Below are positions 17,768-26,070 of a DNA stretch of 64,000 nt, in pieces. The stretch lies in the IMG/VR virus record IMGVR_UViG_3300036929_000011, positions 11,535 to 75,534 of that record, one strand, 5' to 3'. The notes beneath the pieces are model-generated. The model was not told where the DNA came from and searched no databases. It saw nothing but the letters and a program-made list of their open reading frames with translations. This DNA comes from a virus (lineage: Duplodnaviria; Caudoviricetes). The position numbers and the translations under genes were made by a program. How positions within the stretch are numbered: position 1 is the stretch's first letter; every line of letters starts with the position of its first letter.

Positions 17768-18301
17768 TCAAGCGCCCAGGTACTCCAGCGCGTACTCGCG
17801 CAACTGTCGGCTTCGCCCCAGTCTCTTCTTTGCGTCCTGGACCGCCTGGTAGACGTCCCGCACCGGGACCTTCCGCAGCTTGGCGACCTCGGCCGGCTTG
17901 CGCTCCTCCAGCAGCACCTCGCCCGCCAAGTCCCCACCGGGCAGCAGCGCCAGCATGCGGGTGATGAGGTTCGCGACCCGGTGCCGGTCCAGATGCGCCT
18001 CCGCCGGCTCGGCCGGAAGTGGGACGTGGTCGATGCTTCGCAGGACCTCCCGCTTGCACCCGTCCAGCTCGGCGATGCAGTGGCGGGACGCGTACACCGG
18101 GGCACGTGCCTTGCGGACGTAAAGCCAGAGCGCCCCCGTCATCGCCTTCGCCTGGCAGGCTTCGAGAGGCGCCCCGTCTGGCTTCCAGGTGCGGGCCGCT
18201 TCGAGCTTCGCCAGTTCGGCCTGCTGCCGCAGCTCCTGGATTTCCAGCCAGCCGCAAAGAAAGGAGTAGTTGCGCACAATTGCCGTGGTTGCGTCTTTCA
18301 T
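17768..18301 (-). CDS. phage sigma70-family sigma factor (no. 1)
   Basis: Region-2-like ELRQQAELAKLEAARTWKPDG...AMTGALWLYVRK; region-4 HTH KPAEVAKLRKVPVRDVYQAVQDAKKRL. Confidence 0.7.
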   Translation of the reverse strand: MKDATTAIVRNYSFLCGWLEIQELRQQAELAKLEAARTWKPDGAPLEACQAKAMTGALWLYVRKARAPVYASRHCIAELDGCKREVLRSIDHVPLPAEPAEAHLDRHRVANLITRMLALLPGGDLAGEVLLEERKPAEVAKLRKVPVRDVYQAVQDAKKRLGRSRQLREYALEYLGA

Positions 18302-18304
18302 TGG

Positions 18305-18784
18305 TCATGGTCCTTCGGTTGGTGGTAGTACGGCGTTCGGTATGCAGCCCCAGACCTCTTCAATCACGCTCTTCCAGGATGGCGGAGGTGCATAGGTTAT
18401 CTCAGGCGGACCATCGGCGACTATAGTGGACACAGAGCTGCCGATAAAGTGCTCCGCGTGTGTAGGCTGATGGAAGCCCACAATCTGACTGCGCGCTTCT
18501 TCGCTTTCTATCAGATATAGAGCCTCAGCCGCCGCGACCTTCTCGGCTCCGAGGGCGTCTATGTGACACCGTTCGTGTTCAACAACTGACGCGAACATCG
18601 CATCGGTGACCCCAATTTTCGCGCCGATTGGCCGACTACACAGCAAGCAATAGGCACAGGACAGAGCGTAGTTGTACTCCCACCAACTGGCTCGAAAGTG
18701 GATGCGCGACATAGACGTCAGAAGAGCATTATGCTCGGTATGCGCATCTGCGCTCTCGCCGAACTTGGTGGCTCCTAGGAGCAT
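18305..18784 (-). CDS. hypothetical protein with lower GC than its neighbours
   Basis: 159-aa ORF, CAYCLLC motif, many A/T-ending codons. Confidence 0.5.
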   Translation of the reverse strand: MLLGATKFGESADAHTEHNALLTSMSRIHFRASWWEYNYALSCAYCLLCSRPIGAKIGVTDAMFASVVEHERCHIDALGAEKVAAAEALYLIESEEARSQIVGFHQPTHAEHFIGSSVSTIVADGPPEITYAPPPSWKSVIEEVWGCIPNAVLPPTEGP

Positions 18785-18788
18785 TGTC

Positions 18789-19667
18789 CTACGCCGCCGC
18801 GTCCTCAGCTTGAGCCAGAATCGCCGCCTCCGCCAACCGCGACCTCAGCCCCGACAACTGACCCTGGAGCTCGACCAGCGACGTCCCCAGCAGCGCCTCG
18901 TAGCCGGCGACCTTGGTGGCCACTCGGTCGCACTGCTTAGCCTTGGTCTTGAGCGCCCGCGGGCCGGCTTCGACGTTCGATAGGATGGCCTCGAACTCGG
19001 CAATCTCGGCGCTGGCCTCACGCTCGACCGCGGCGAGGATGGCCTGGACGGCGCTCTCGGTGCGCAGGGCCGGGATCTCGTAGCAGACGTGGGCGCCCAC
19101 CGACCGGATCACCTCGGCGGCCAGGCGGAACTTGTCCACCGACGCCGGGGGGAGAAAGTAGAACCCGCCGCGCGCCCGCAACGCTACCGCGTCCAGAGAC
19201 TCGCAGAAATGCACCAGCAGGCTGGAGATATCGGAGGGGACCAGGTTGACCAAATGCCGCTGGTAGCTCGCCTGAATCGAGTCCGCAAGAGGCCCGGTCG
19301 CCGGCTCGATCTTGAGGACGCCGTCAGCGTCGACGGTCGCCACCACGGATTGCTGATAGGCCAGCGTCTCGCCCTGGGCGGTTTCCTCGACCAGGCTGTA
19401 GCCCTCGCGCCCGGCCAGGGGCCGCACCAGCTTGCGCTGCTCGGCCAGCGTCTCGACCGCGCGCTTGAGGGCGGCCTTGGGCGCTACGGCTTCGGGCACC
19501 AGAGCGATGTCCAGTCCTGCCGCCTGCCAGGCCACCCGTAGCTTCTCGACGTCGACGAGGCCGCTCAATTCCCACCAGCTCATCGCCCCGGCTTGCGGGG
19601 TTCCTTCAGGGACAGCGAGAAAGTCTTTGCTTGTAACGATGCCTTGGGTCGTTCCGGTCGTGGTCAT
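18789..19667 (-). CDS. conserved phage protein adjoining the MoxR/vWA module
   Basis: AGGAGG RBS; SWWELSG...AALKRAV...GGFYFLP; C-terminal coiled coil. Confidence 0.65.
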   Translation of the reverse strand: MTTTGTTQGIVTSKDFLAVPEGTPQAGAMSWWELSGLVDVEKLRVAWQAAGLDIALVPEAVAPKAALKRAVETLAEQRKLVRPLAGREGYSLVEETAQGETLAYQQSVVATVDADGVLKIEPATGPLADSIQASYQRHLVNLVPSDISSLLVHFCESLDAVALRARGGFYFLPPASVDKFRLAAEVIRSVGAHVCYEIPALRTESAVQAILAAVEREASAEIAEFEAILSNVEAGPRALKTKAKQCDRVATKVAGYEALLGTSLVELQGQLSGLRSRLAEAAILAQAEDAAA

Positions 19668-19681
19668 TGGGTCCTCCTGCA

Positions 19682-19697
19682 TGTTTCACGTGAAAAG
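19682..19697. promoter_or_regulatory. parS-like palindrome
   Basis: TGTTTCACGTGAAAAG, 14/16 match to the parS consensus TGTTTCACGTGAAACA; perfect 12-bp core 19684-19695; intergenic. Confidence 0.5.
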
Positions 19698-19736
19698 TCG
19701 AAACCTAGTCTAGCTAGTCGTGTCTAGTTTGTACAA

Positions 19737-21059
19737 TTATTCCTTGATCTGGATTTTCTTTCCCCAACCGCACGGCGCCGACGAGTACGGCCCGACCAAC
19801 ACCCAGATCGTTTCGAACCCGCGTGGAGCTGCCGCCGGTGCCGGCCCCTGGCCGTCCGTGACGAACACGAACAGGTCGACCTTGGGGCGCAGCTCTTCGA
19901 CCGCCTGAAATACCGGCCGAAAATCTGTCCCACCTCCACCTTTAAGCTGCGATGCCAGCTCGGCCGCCGTCCGCACCTCGCGAGTCTCGTGCACGGCCGC
20001 GTCGCATGCGAGGAACACGATTGGCGTCCCGATGGCTCGTAGGCATCCCTGGGCCTCGCTTACAGCACGCACAAGCTCGTCGTGGCCCATGCTTCCCGAG
20101 GTATCCACTCCGAACGCTACGCGCGGCCGTGGGGCGCACAGGGCCGGCATCAGGGGCGTACTGCCCCCCAGGGCGCGCGCGACCGCCCCAAACGCAGCCT
20201 GGCGCCGCGAGAAGCGCGTCCTGGTGTAGTCGACCCTCCCGGCGATCGTTGCCACCCCGGCCCGGATGGCGCGTCGTAGCTGATCCTGCCAGCGGACCTT
20301 CGGCGGCTGGAGCTCGGACTCGGCCCACACCAGCAGGCCGCCCGGAACACTCCCCCGCCCCTTCTGGGCGACGTGCTGCTGGATAGCCTCGGCCACGTCC
20401 CGGCGGATGCGGTCTAGGTCGGCCGAGCTGCGGGGCTTGGCGCCGGACGCGCCCTCGGGCTCACCGTCCACCGGGGGTCCGCCCGAGCCAGAGCCGCATT
20501 TCCCGCGCGCGACGTCTGCCTTGCCGTTGCCCTTGCCGTTGCCCTTGCCTGTAGCGCAGCCCTCGCCCTCACTATCGCCGTCCTGTTCTGTCCCCTTGCC
20601 ATCCTTGCCCTGGCCGCCCTTTCCGGCCTGCGTGGTCGCCTGCTTGAGCAGCTCGTTATAGTACTCCTCGGCCATCTGGCCGTTCTTCAGGCCGTACTTC
20701 TTGGGCAGGCTCGGGTCGGCGGGCAGTAGCTCCTCTTTTAAGTCGTCGTTGATCTCAAGATCCACGGCCACCCCGGCAATTTCTCGATTGACCTGCGGGA
20801 TGGCGTCTATGCGATCGCAGTGCCGGCGCAGCAGGTGGAGCAGCTCGTGCGAGACGACCTCGCCGGCCTGGGGCGCCGTGATGACCGCGAGGAAGTCCGG
20901 GTCCACCAGGAGGATGCCGGTCTTGGTCATCGCCATCGTCCTCACCGGCGCGAATCGCCGCACCAGCCCGCTGAACCCTGCTGCGAAGTACGGAAACCTT
21001 TGCTCGGCCGCGAGGATGGCGGCTGAGAGGCGCTGCCCGTCGGTGAGCGTGGAGTCCAT
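19737..21059 (-). CDS. DUF2201-like metallopeptidase plus vWA domain protein
   Basis: HELLH (HExxH), GK-rich linker, MIDAS VDTSGS, GGGTDF, FVTDG. Confidence 0.85.
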   Translation of the reverse strand: MDSTLTDGQRLSAAILAAEQRFPYFAAGFSGLVRRFAPVRTMAMTKTGILLVDPDFLAVITAPQAGEVVSHELLHLLRRHCDRIDAIPQVNREIAGVAVDLEINDDLKEELLPADPSLPKKYGLKNGQMAEEYYNELLKQATTQAGKGGQGKDGKGTEQDGDSEGEGCATGKGNGKGNGKADVARGKCGSGSGGPPVDGEPEGASGAKPRSSADLDRIRRDVAEAIQQHVAQKGRGSVPGGLLVWAESELQPPKVRWQDQLRRAIRAGVATIAGRVDYTRTRFSRRQAAFGAVARALGGSTPLMPALCAPRPRVAFGVDTSGSMGHDELVRAVSEAQGCLRAIGTPIVFLACDAAVHETREVRTAAELASQLKGGGGTDFRPVFQAVEELRPKVDLFVFVTDGQGPAPAAAPRGFETIWVLVGPYSSAPCGWGKKIQIKE

Positions 21060-22237
21060 CAGGATCCCACCTTGATGCCCGCGGCCTGGAAGATGGGGAG
21101 GTACTTGGCCAGGACCTTCTCGGCGTCTTTCAGCATACCCTTCGGGCCGCGCACCAGCCGCACCTCGTTCGAGGCCAGCGTCTTGACGGCGGGGAAGATC
21201 ACGTCAGCGACCTCCATCAGCGGGACTAGCATGTGCCAGAGGGCCTCGGCGCGTGCCATCCTCTTGACGGCCGACTGCGGGGCCACGAGGGCCGCGCACG
21301 CCGAGCAGACAACCATGGTTCGGTCCAGCCGGTCGGGGTCGTGCTTCCACTCGATTTCGCCGTCGAGCAACCGCTCGGGGTCAGGCAGGTCGACGTTGAC
21401 CAGCCAGCTGCGCAGCTCGCGGATCGCCGCCGGGCCGACGAAGGCGCCAACGTAGCGATCGGTATCGGCCTCGTCGAGGTGGTGGATTTCGGAGGCCGCC
21501 AGAGCGCGCGTGGCCATCTCCCACGAGCGCCGCGACGGCCAGGCCAGCGATGCCTCGGGCGATCCACTCGCCGGCTGCGCGTGCAGCAGACTGGGCTTAC
21601 GCCGGAGGAACGAGGTGATGATCCCGGAGGCCTTGGCGTAGGCCGCTGGCCAGAGCTTCAACACGCGCTTCTCCTCGGCCTCGGCCGTGGTCGCGACCTC
21701 GACCTCATTGCCGTTCCCGGCCTGCAGGAGCCACGAGCACCAGTCCTGACAGGATGGGCCCGTCCAGTCTGGCAGCGTGCCGAATCGGTTGGCCAGCGGG
21801 GCCGCGAGGTCGTAGCCGCCGGCCGCATCGTCGACGCTGTTCTGGGCGGCGAGAATCCGCACGGTGTCGGGCAGCACGAAGTCGCCGACCACACGGTCGA
21901 GGACCACGCGAAGCAGAGCTGCTTGGACTGCTGGGGGCGCGCAGTTGACCTCATCCAAAAATACCACCGCGTGCTTGGCCGCCGCAGCTCGGAGCGCCCA
22001 GGCGGGCGGCGCGTACCCGACCGATCCGTCGGGACGTGGAACTGGCAGGCCGAGAAAATCGGTCGGGTCGCGGAGGGACGCGATCACGACCTCGACCTCC
22101 AGGCCCGCAGCCTGGGCTACACGCTCGATCAGCGCGCTCTTGGCCGTGCCGGGGGCGCCGATGATCCGGAGAGGAAGTCCCCAGTGATGTTTCGACCCGA
22201 CGGTAAAGAGGGCGGCGTGTACAATTTGAGTGTCCAT
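21059..22237 (-). CDS. MoxR-like AAA+ ATPase
   Basis: GAPGTAKS, VFLDEVNCAPPAVQAALL, AAQN, PLANRF. Confidence 0.88.
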   Translation of the reverse strand: MDTQIVHAALFTVGSKHHWGLPLRIIGAPGTAKSALIERVAQAAGLEVEVVIASLRDPTDFLGLPVPRPDGSVGYAPPAWALRAAAAKHAVVFLDEVNCAPPAVQAALLRVVLDRVVGDFVLPDTVRILAAQNSVDDAAGGYDLAAPLANRFGTLPDWTGPSCQDWCSWLLQAGNGNEVEVATTAEAEEKRVLKLWPAAYAKASGIITSFLRRKPSLLHAQPASGSPEASLAWPSRRSWEMATRALAASEIHHLDEADTDRYVGAFVGPAAIRELRSWLVNVDLPDPERLLDGEIEWKHDPDRLDRTMVVCSACAALVAPQSAVKRMARAEALWHMLVPLMEVADVIFPAVKTLASNEVRLVRGPKGMLKDAEKVLAKYLPIFQAAGIKVGS

Positions 22238-22687
22238 CTAAGCCCTCCTTCCCGCTACGTGGTTCCAGCGTTGCCGATCGAGAATCTTGCTGATCTGCTG
22301 TTGGCAAACGCCAAAGGCGTCTGCGATGCGCTGCTGTGTCCACCCGTTTGCGCAAAGCTCTCGGATGCGCAGAACCTTCGCCTCAGTAAGCTTGGCACCG
22401 TATGCACGTTCGCCGCGTGCCACGCGTTCTGGGTGCAAGCGTGAACCGTTGCGGTCACCACGTGGCACGCACTCCGGATGCGTTTTTGAGCCGTGCGCAT
22501 CCTGTATGCCGTCGGGAATTTGGCCGTGCACAAACTCCCATGCCACGCGATGAGCCTGTCTCATCTTACTTGCCATCCAGAATTGACCATAGCCACCGCT
22601 CAGAACCGCCGTCCACTCCAGACACGGCGTGGTCATCCCATGCCGCACTTCAGTCGCCAGCTTTGTCTTCGCATAAAACCGCTCCAT
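22238..22687 (-). CDS. HNH-endonuclease-derived protein lacking the catalytic HNH core; retains C-terminal HTH
   Basis: CLEWTA...GYGQF...AHRVAWEFVHGQIPDG runs directly into IQDAHGS...AKLTEAKV.RIR...TQQRIADAFGV; no HxCDNxxCVNPxHL segment. Confidence 0.7.
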   Translation of the reverse strand: MERFYAKTKLATEVRHGMTTPCLEWTAVLSGGYGQFWMASKMRQAHRVAWEFVHGQIPDGIQDAHGSKTHPECVPRGDRNGSRLHPERVARGERAYGAKLTEAKVLRIRELCANGWTQQRIADAFGVCQQQISKILDRQRWNHVAGRRA

Positions 22688-22929
22688 CAGCGCACCTCCC
22701 CTTCCGTGCCCTGGTGCCACTCGACGATCACGATGCTGGTCTGGTGCCAGTCCCCGTCGCCTCCAAGACGCCAGTCGGTCCTGATGATCGCCGTCTCGTC
22801 GCCTGGGATGTTGGCCATGCGGGCGAGTTCGACGGTTTCACAGTTCGGGCCACGGAAGAAGCTGTCTTCCGCGGGCGTGCCGTTGATCATGCGGGCCTTG
22901 TGATACGTGGTCTGGGTCTTGGTTGCCAT
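22687..22929 (-). CDS. early-region hypothetical protein
   Basis: AGGAGG RBS, CA-rich leader. Confidence 0.65.
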   Translation of the reverse strand: MATKTQTTYHKARMINGTPAEDSFFRGPNCETVELARMANIPGDETAIIRTDWRLGGDGDWHQTSIVIVEWHQGTEGEVR

Positions 22930-22967
22930 GGGATCCTCCTGGGTGGTTGTTGTTGCGGGTCTCGGCG

Positions 22968-23207
22968 TTAGGTGAGGTACAGGATGACGAGCTCGTCGCC
23001 GTCGATCACGATTTCGATCGACTCTGCGTCTCGATAGCGCACGGTCGAGTTCGTCGCCTGTTGCACGCGCGATAGTGTTGTCGCGATCTCATCGCGATCG
23101 GTGGAGTAGGTACCGCACGCGCCCCCCTGGCCGCAGTGACAGCCGTTGGGCTTTCCTCCACTGTAGACGCTGACTAGGTCTCGCGCCGAAATCTCTTGTA
23201 CGGTCAT
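22968..23207 (-). CDS. early-region hypothetical protein
   Basis: AGGAG RBS; SVYSGGKPNGCHCG..CGTY motif. Confidence 0.65.
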   Translation of the reverse strand: MTVQEISARDLVSVYSGGKPNGCHCGQGGACGTYSTDRDEIATTLSRVQQATNSTVRYRDAESIEIVIDGDELVILYLT

Positions 23208-23284
23208 GGTCGTCTCCTGGGTAGTGGTTGTGGTATCGGGGCCGACTCCAGGCCGCTCCGTCGAGAGGCCCGGACCTGGCACCG

Positions 23285-23485
23285 CTACGTCCTGCGAGCC
23301 AGCTCCTCGGCCATGAGGTCGTTCTCGGCAATCTCGCCGTCGAGGATGGCGGCTACCGCCTGCTGTGGCGTCAGCCCTGGCGGAGGGGGCCGGCGCGTGA
23401 GAATTGCCTCGGCGATAGCGTGGGCGTCTGGGATTGCGGGCAGGTCGTCGCGGTCTCGGTGGGTCTGGGTCAGGTCGTTTTTCAC
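23285..23485 (-). CDS. early-region hypothetical protein
   Basis: GTG 23485 with AGGAGG RBS, overlapping the upstream stop. Confidence 0.5.
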   Translation of the reverse strand: MKNDLTQTHRDRDDLPAIPDAHAIAEAILTRRPPPPGLTPQQAVAAILDGEIAENDLMAEELARRT

Positions 23486-23700
23486 GGGGTCCTCCTGAGG
23501 TCGTCTACGATGGCGGTCATTTCTGCGGTCGTGGCCAGCGATAGGTCGATCTGGGCAGCTCGGCGGTCGTGCTCGGCGGCCAGCGCCGGCCAAATCTCGT
23601 ATCCCCAGCTGCCTACGATTGGTGGCATCATCCCCCGGCGCGCTGCCTGGTATTTGGTCCGCAGAGCGGTGGCGGCTGCGCGGTGGCGGGCGGAGGTCAC
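23482..23700 (-). CDS. early-region hypothetical protein
   Basis: 72-aa ORF coupled on both sides. Confidence 0.5.
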   Translation of the reverse strand: MTSARHRAAATALRTKYQAARRGMMPPIVGSWGYEIWPALAAEHDRRAAQIDLSLATTAEMTAIVDDLRRTP

Positions 23701-24053
23701 AGCGCTGACCCCGGGTGGTCAATTCGGGTGAGCTTGGCGAGGCCCTCGACCACCGCGGTCTGGGTCTCGCGCAGAATCACGCGAAGGTCGGCGATGGTCG
23801 TCTGCTGCTCCTTGAGTTCCTGGGCGGCGCAGGTCGGGCAGTAGGTGATCGTCTCGCCGGCCCTGACCTCGGCGCCGTACTCGATAGGCTCGCCGCAGTC
23901 ACAGCACGTTTTGCGGGGCTCCTCGCCGGTCCCGTCGCAATCCGGGCAGGTCTCCATCCGCGGTGTAATACCGGTCAGTGGGTCGCTGATGTCGATGCGG
24001 CCGTCACCTCCGCAGGCGCGGCACTCTGGTGCGTCGTGGGTCGTGGTCGTCAT
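23697..24053 (-). CDS. DnaJ-type zinc-finger protein
   Basis: CRACGGDG, CPDCDGTG, CCDC and CPTC motifs; AGGAGG RBS. Confidence 0.7.
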   Translation of the reverse strand: MTTTTHDAPECRACGGDGRIDISDPLTGITPRMETCPDCDGTGEEPRKTCCDCGEPIEYGAEVRAGETITYCPTCAAQELKEQQTTIADLRVILRETQTAVVEGLAKLTRIDHPGSAL

Positions 24054-24253
24054 GGTCGTGTCCTCCTGGCATTGGCTGCGAATCGTAGGAGCGTGCGGGC
24101 CACCCGCCTGGCGTCGGCGGGGCGAAGCTGCTGGCGGGGCGGGCGCATGGCCAGCAGCACGTAGCCCTGGACGCCACCCCGGTCGTACTCGCCGCCGACG
24201 GTCACGGCCTGCCGGCGGTCTCGATGATCTCGAAATGTCTGGCGCAGGCTCAC
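24050..24253 (-). CDS. early-region hypothetical protein
   Basis: 67-aa ORF whose stop overlaps ATG 24053. Confidence 0.45.
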   Translation of the reverse strand: MSLRQTFRDHRDRRQAVTVGGEYDRGGVQGYVLLAMRPPRQQLRPADARRVARTLLRFAANARRTRP

Positions 24254-24405
24254 GCCCGAGCCTCGGTGGTGCTGGTGCTGGCGGTACCACGCCGTGCGCT
24301 GGTCAGCATGATCAGTCCTCTCGTGTCTCGGGTGGTGGTGTCCTCGGTCCCGCTCCCAGGTCTACGCGTGGTAGGCCGGGGAGCGCGCACGGGGCGCGTG
24401 GGTGA

Positions 24406-24645
24406 CTAGCCTCGGACCTCGTCGCAGAGCCTGCCGTCCGAGCAGGCCAGACTGTATGCCTCATCGCCCAGCTCCGAAAACACCTCGTCGTCGATATCGT
24501 CCATCTCGTCAGCCGAAAACTCGCCGTATAACTCTACAATGCTGCGCCCGAGTTCGGCAGCCGCCGCCAGTTGCTCGTCGTCCACGTCCTTGGTGTCTTT
24601 TACCAGCCTGCTGTTGACCATGTACACCAGGTTGAGCTTCGTCAT
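24406..24645 (-). CDS. early-region acidic hypothetical protein
   Basis: GGAGG RBS; 79 aa. Confidence 0.65.
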   Translation of the reverse strand: MTKLNLVYMVNSRLVKDTKDVDDEQLAAAAELGRSIVELYGEFSADEMDDIDDEVFSELGDEAYSLACSDGRLCDEVRG

Positions 24646-24757
24646 CGTCGGTCCTCCGTCTCGTGGTCTCGCCGCAGGTCACCTGCCTGCGGTCGGTGTC
24701 GTGTGGGCCCTGGCGCCGCTGTCGATGCGGCTGACCGTTCGCCGGCCAGGGCTGGGG

Positions 24758-24976
24758 CTACCTGACGATCTTGAGGTCGTCGATGCTGCCATCTGTGACC
24801 AGGACAGACTCTCCGTCGAAGCTCACATCGTCCAAGTCTGCCGGGAGCGCGTCCGCGTCGTCGCTACTCAGGGGCGGCGATATCAGGTAGGTGGCGTCTG
24901 GGCTGCGGTCGGCGGAATCTGTCTCTACCAAAAATCGCTCGCCCGTGGTCTTGCTCTGTCGGAGTGTCGTCGTCAT
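24758..24976 (-). CDS. first early gene, hypothetical
   Basis: AGGAG RBS; first ORF downstream of the sigma70-like promoter. Confidence 0.65.
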   Translation of the reverse strand: MTTTLRQSKTTGERFLVETDSADRSPDATYLISPPLSSDDADALPADLDDVSFDGESVLVTDGSIDDLKIVR

Positions 24977-25128
24977 GGCAGGTCTCCTAGGTTGGTGGTG
25001 GTGGTCGTCGTGGTCGGGACTACTGGCGCCTGAGCGCAGCAGATTTGGCTTGGGCTGAGTCGAGTCGCTGCCTCGCGGCTGGTCTCGCGGTCCCGGGCTG
25101 CTGTCTGCTTCGTCGCGGTCACAGATAT

Positions 25129-25157
25129 ATTATTACGCTAGTCCTGCTATTTGTAAA
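25129..25157 (-). promoter_or_regulatory. host sigma70-like early promoter
   Basis: Minus strand TTTACA-N17-AATAAT in a conspicuously AT-rich intergenic patch. Confidence 0.65.
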
Positions 25158-25197
25158 GAAAAACACGCTATCTATATTCGCTAGTTGTTACGCGCAC

Positions 25198-25575
25198 TTA
25201 CGGCTCTTGCTGGCAGTATCGCAGACGCAGCCACCGGGCCACGGCGTCTACGATCGAGGATACCCTGGGTAACTCGGGGTCGGTGGTGGTGCCGGCCGGG
25301 GAGAATTGTAGCCGCGACCACTTTTCGACCAGCGTCTCGACGGGAACGCCACTCTGGAGCGCCAGGGACGCCGTGATCGAGAGCGCGTCCAGCAGGCCCG
25401 AAATCGTCGAGCCGGTGCGGTCCCCCTTCAGAAAAATCTCTGCTAGACGGCCGTCTGGGTAGGTCCCCGTCGACACGTAGATTTTCAGATCCTCCGGCCC
25501 TCGCTCGGTCATGTAGCGCAGGTGGATTCGCTTCGTGAGGCCGCGCCGTTCCGCCGGCAATCGCTCGCGCGACAT
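25198..25575 (-). CDS. standalone TSCPD domain (C-terminal domain of class II ribonucleotide reductase, NrdJb-like)
   Basis: RERLP.ERRG.T...YVSTG.YPDGRLAEIF...GST..GLLDALSITASLALQSGVP...F.PAG.T.DP....SSIVD...RWL. Confidence 0.8.
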   Translation of the reverse strand: MSRERLPAERRGLTKRIHLRYMTERGPEDLKIYVSTGTYPDGRLAEIFLKGDRTGSTISGLLDALSITASLALQSGVPVETLVEKWSRLQFSPAGTTTDPELPRVSSIVDAVARWLRLRYCQQEP

Positions 25576-25856
25576 CAGTTTGTGCCTCGGTTCGCCGCCT
25601 CGCGGATGCCTCGATCGACGCGCTCCTTGCCGAAAAGGTCGCAGGCTAAGCGGTAGTTGCATACCTCCAGATGCGCAATCAGCTGCGCCTGCTGGTGGAT
25701 CACGCCCTTGAGCTCTTCGTTTTCTCGCCCGAGAAACGCGCCCGCTTTTTCTGACGCACGTTCTGCCTGGCGAGCTCGGTGCAGATACCAGAGCACCAAC
25801 AGACCGGTCAGAGGCACGGCGCAGTCGAGCAATAGGTACAGTGTTGCCATGTCCAT
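25575..25856 (-). CDS. membrane protein (one TM plus coiled coil)
   Basis: LYLLLDCAVPLTGLLVLWYL; ATG at 25856 or 25850, immediately after promoter copy 5. Confidence 0.55.
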   Translation of the reverse strand: MDMATLYLLLDCAVPLTGLLVLWYLHRARQAERASEKAGAFLGRENEELKGVIHQQAQLIAHLEVCNYRLACDLFGKERVDRGIREAANRGTN

Positions 25857-25881
25857 ATTGTTGATCCGTTGCTGCGGTTTT
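25856..25881 (-). promoter_or_regulatory. phage promoter motif copy 5
   Basis: TATTGTTGATC 25856-25866, GTTTT 25877-25881. Confidence 0.75.
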
Positions 25882-26070
25882 ACGGGAAAATCCTTTGTTC
25901 CGCTTCCGGCGTCCAACCGTCATGCCAAACATTCTATGGTCGATGGTCACGGACTGGTGCCCATATCACGGACGTACGGATTGCGAGGTGGCCACGCGCA
26001 AGCGGTTTGAACGCGAGCGTATCCTGGCGGCGCTTGCGGAGCTGGACGTGACGCCAGCTCCAGTCTTATT

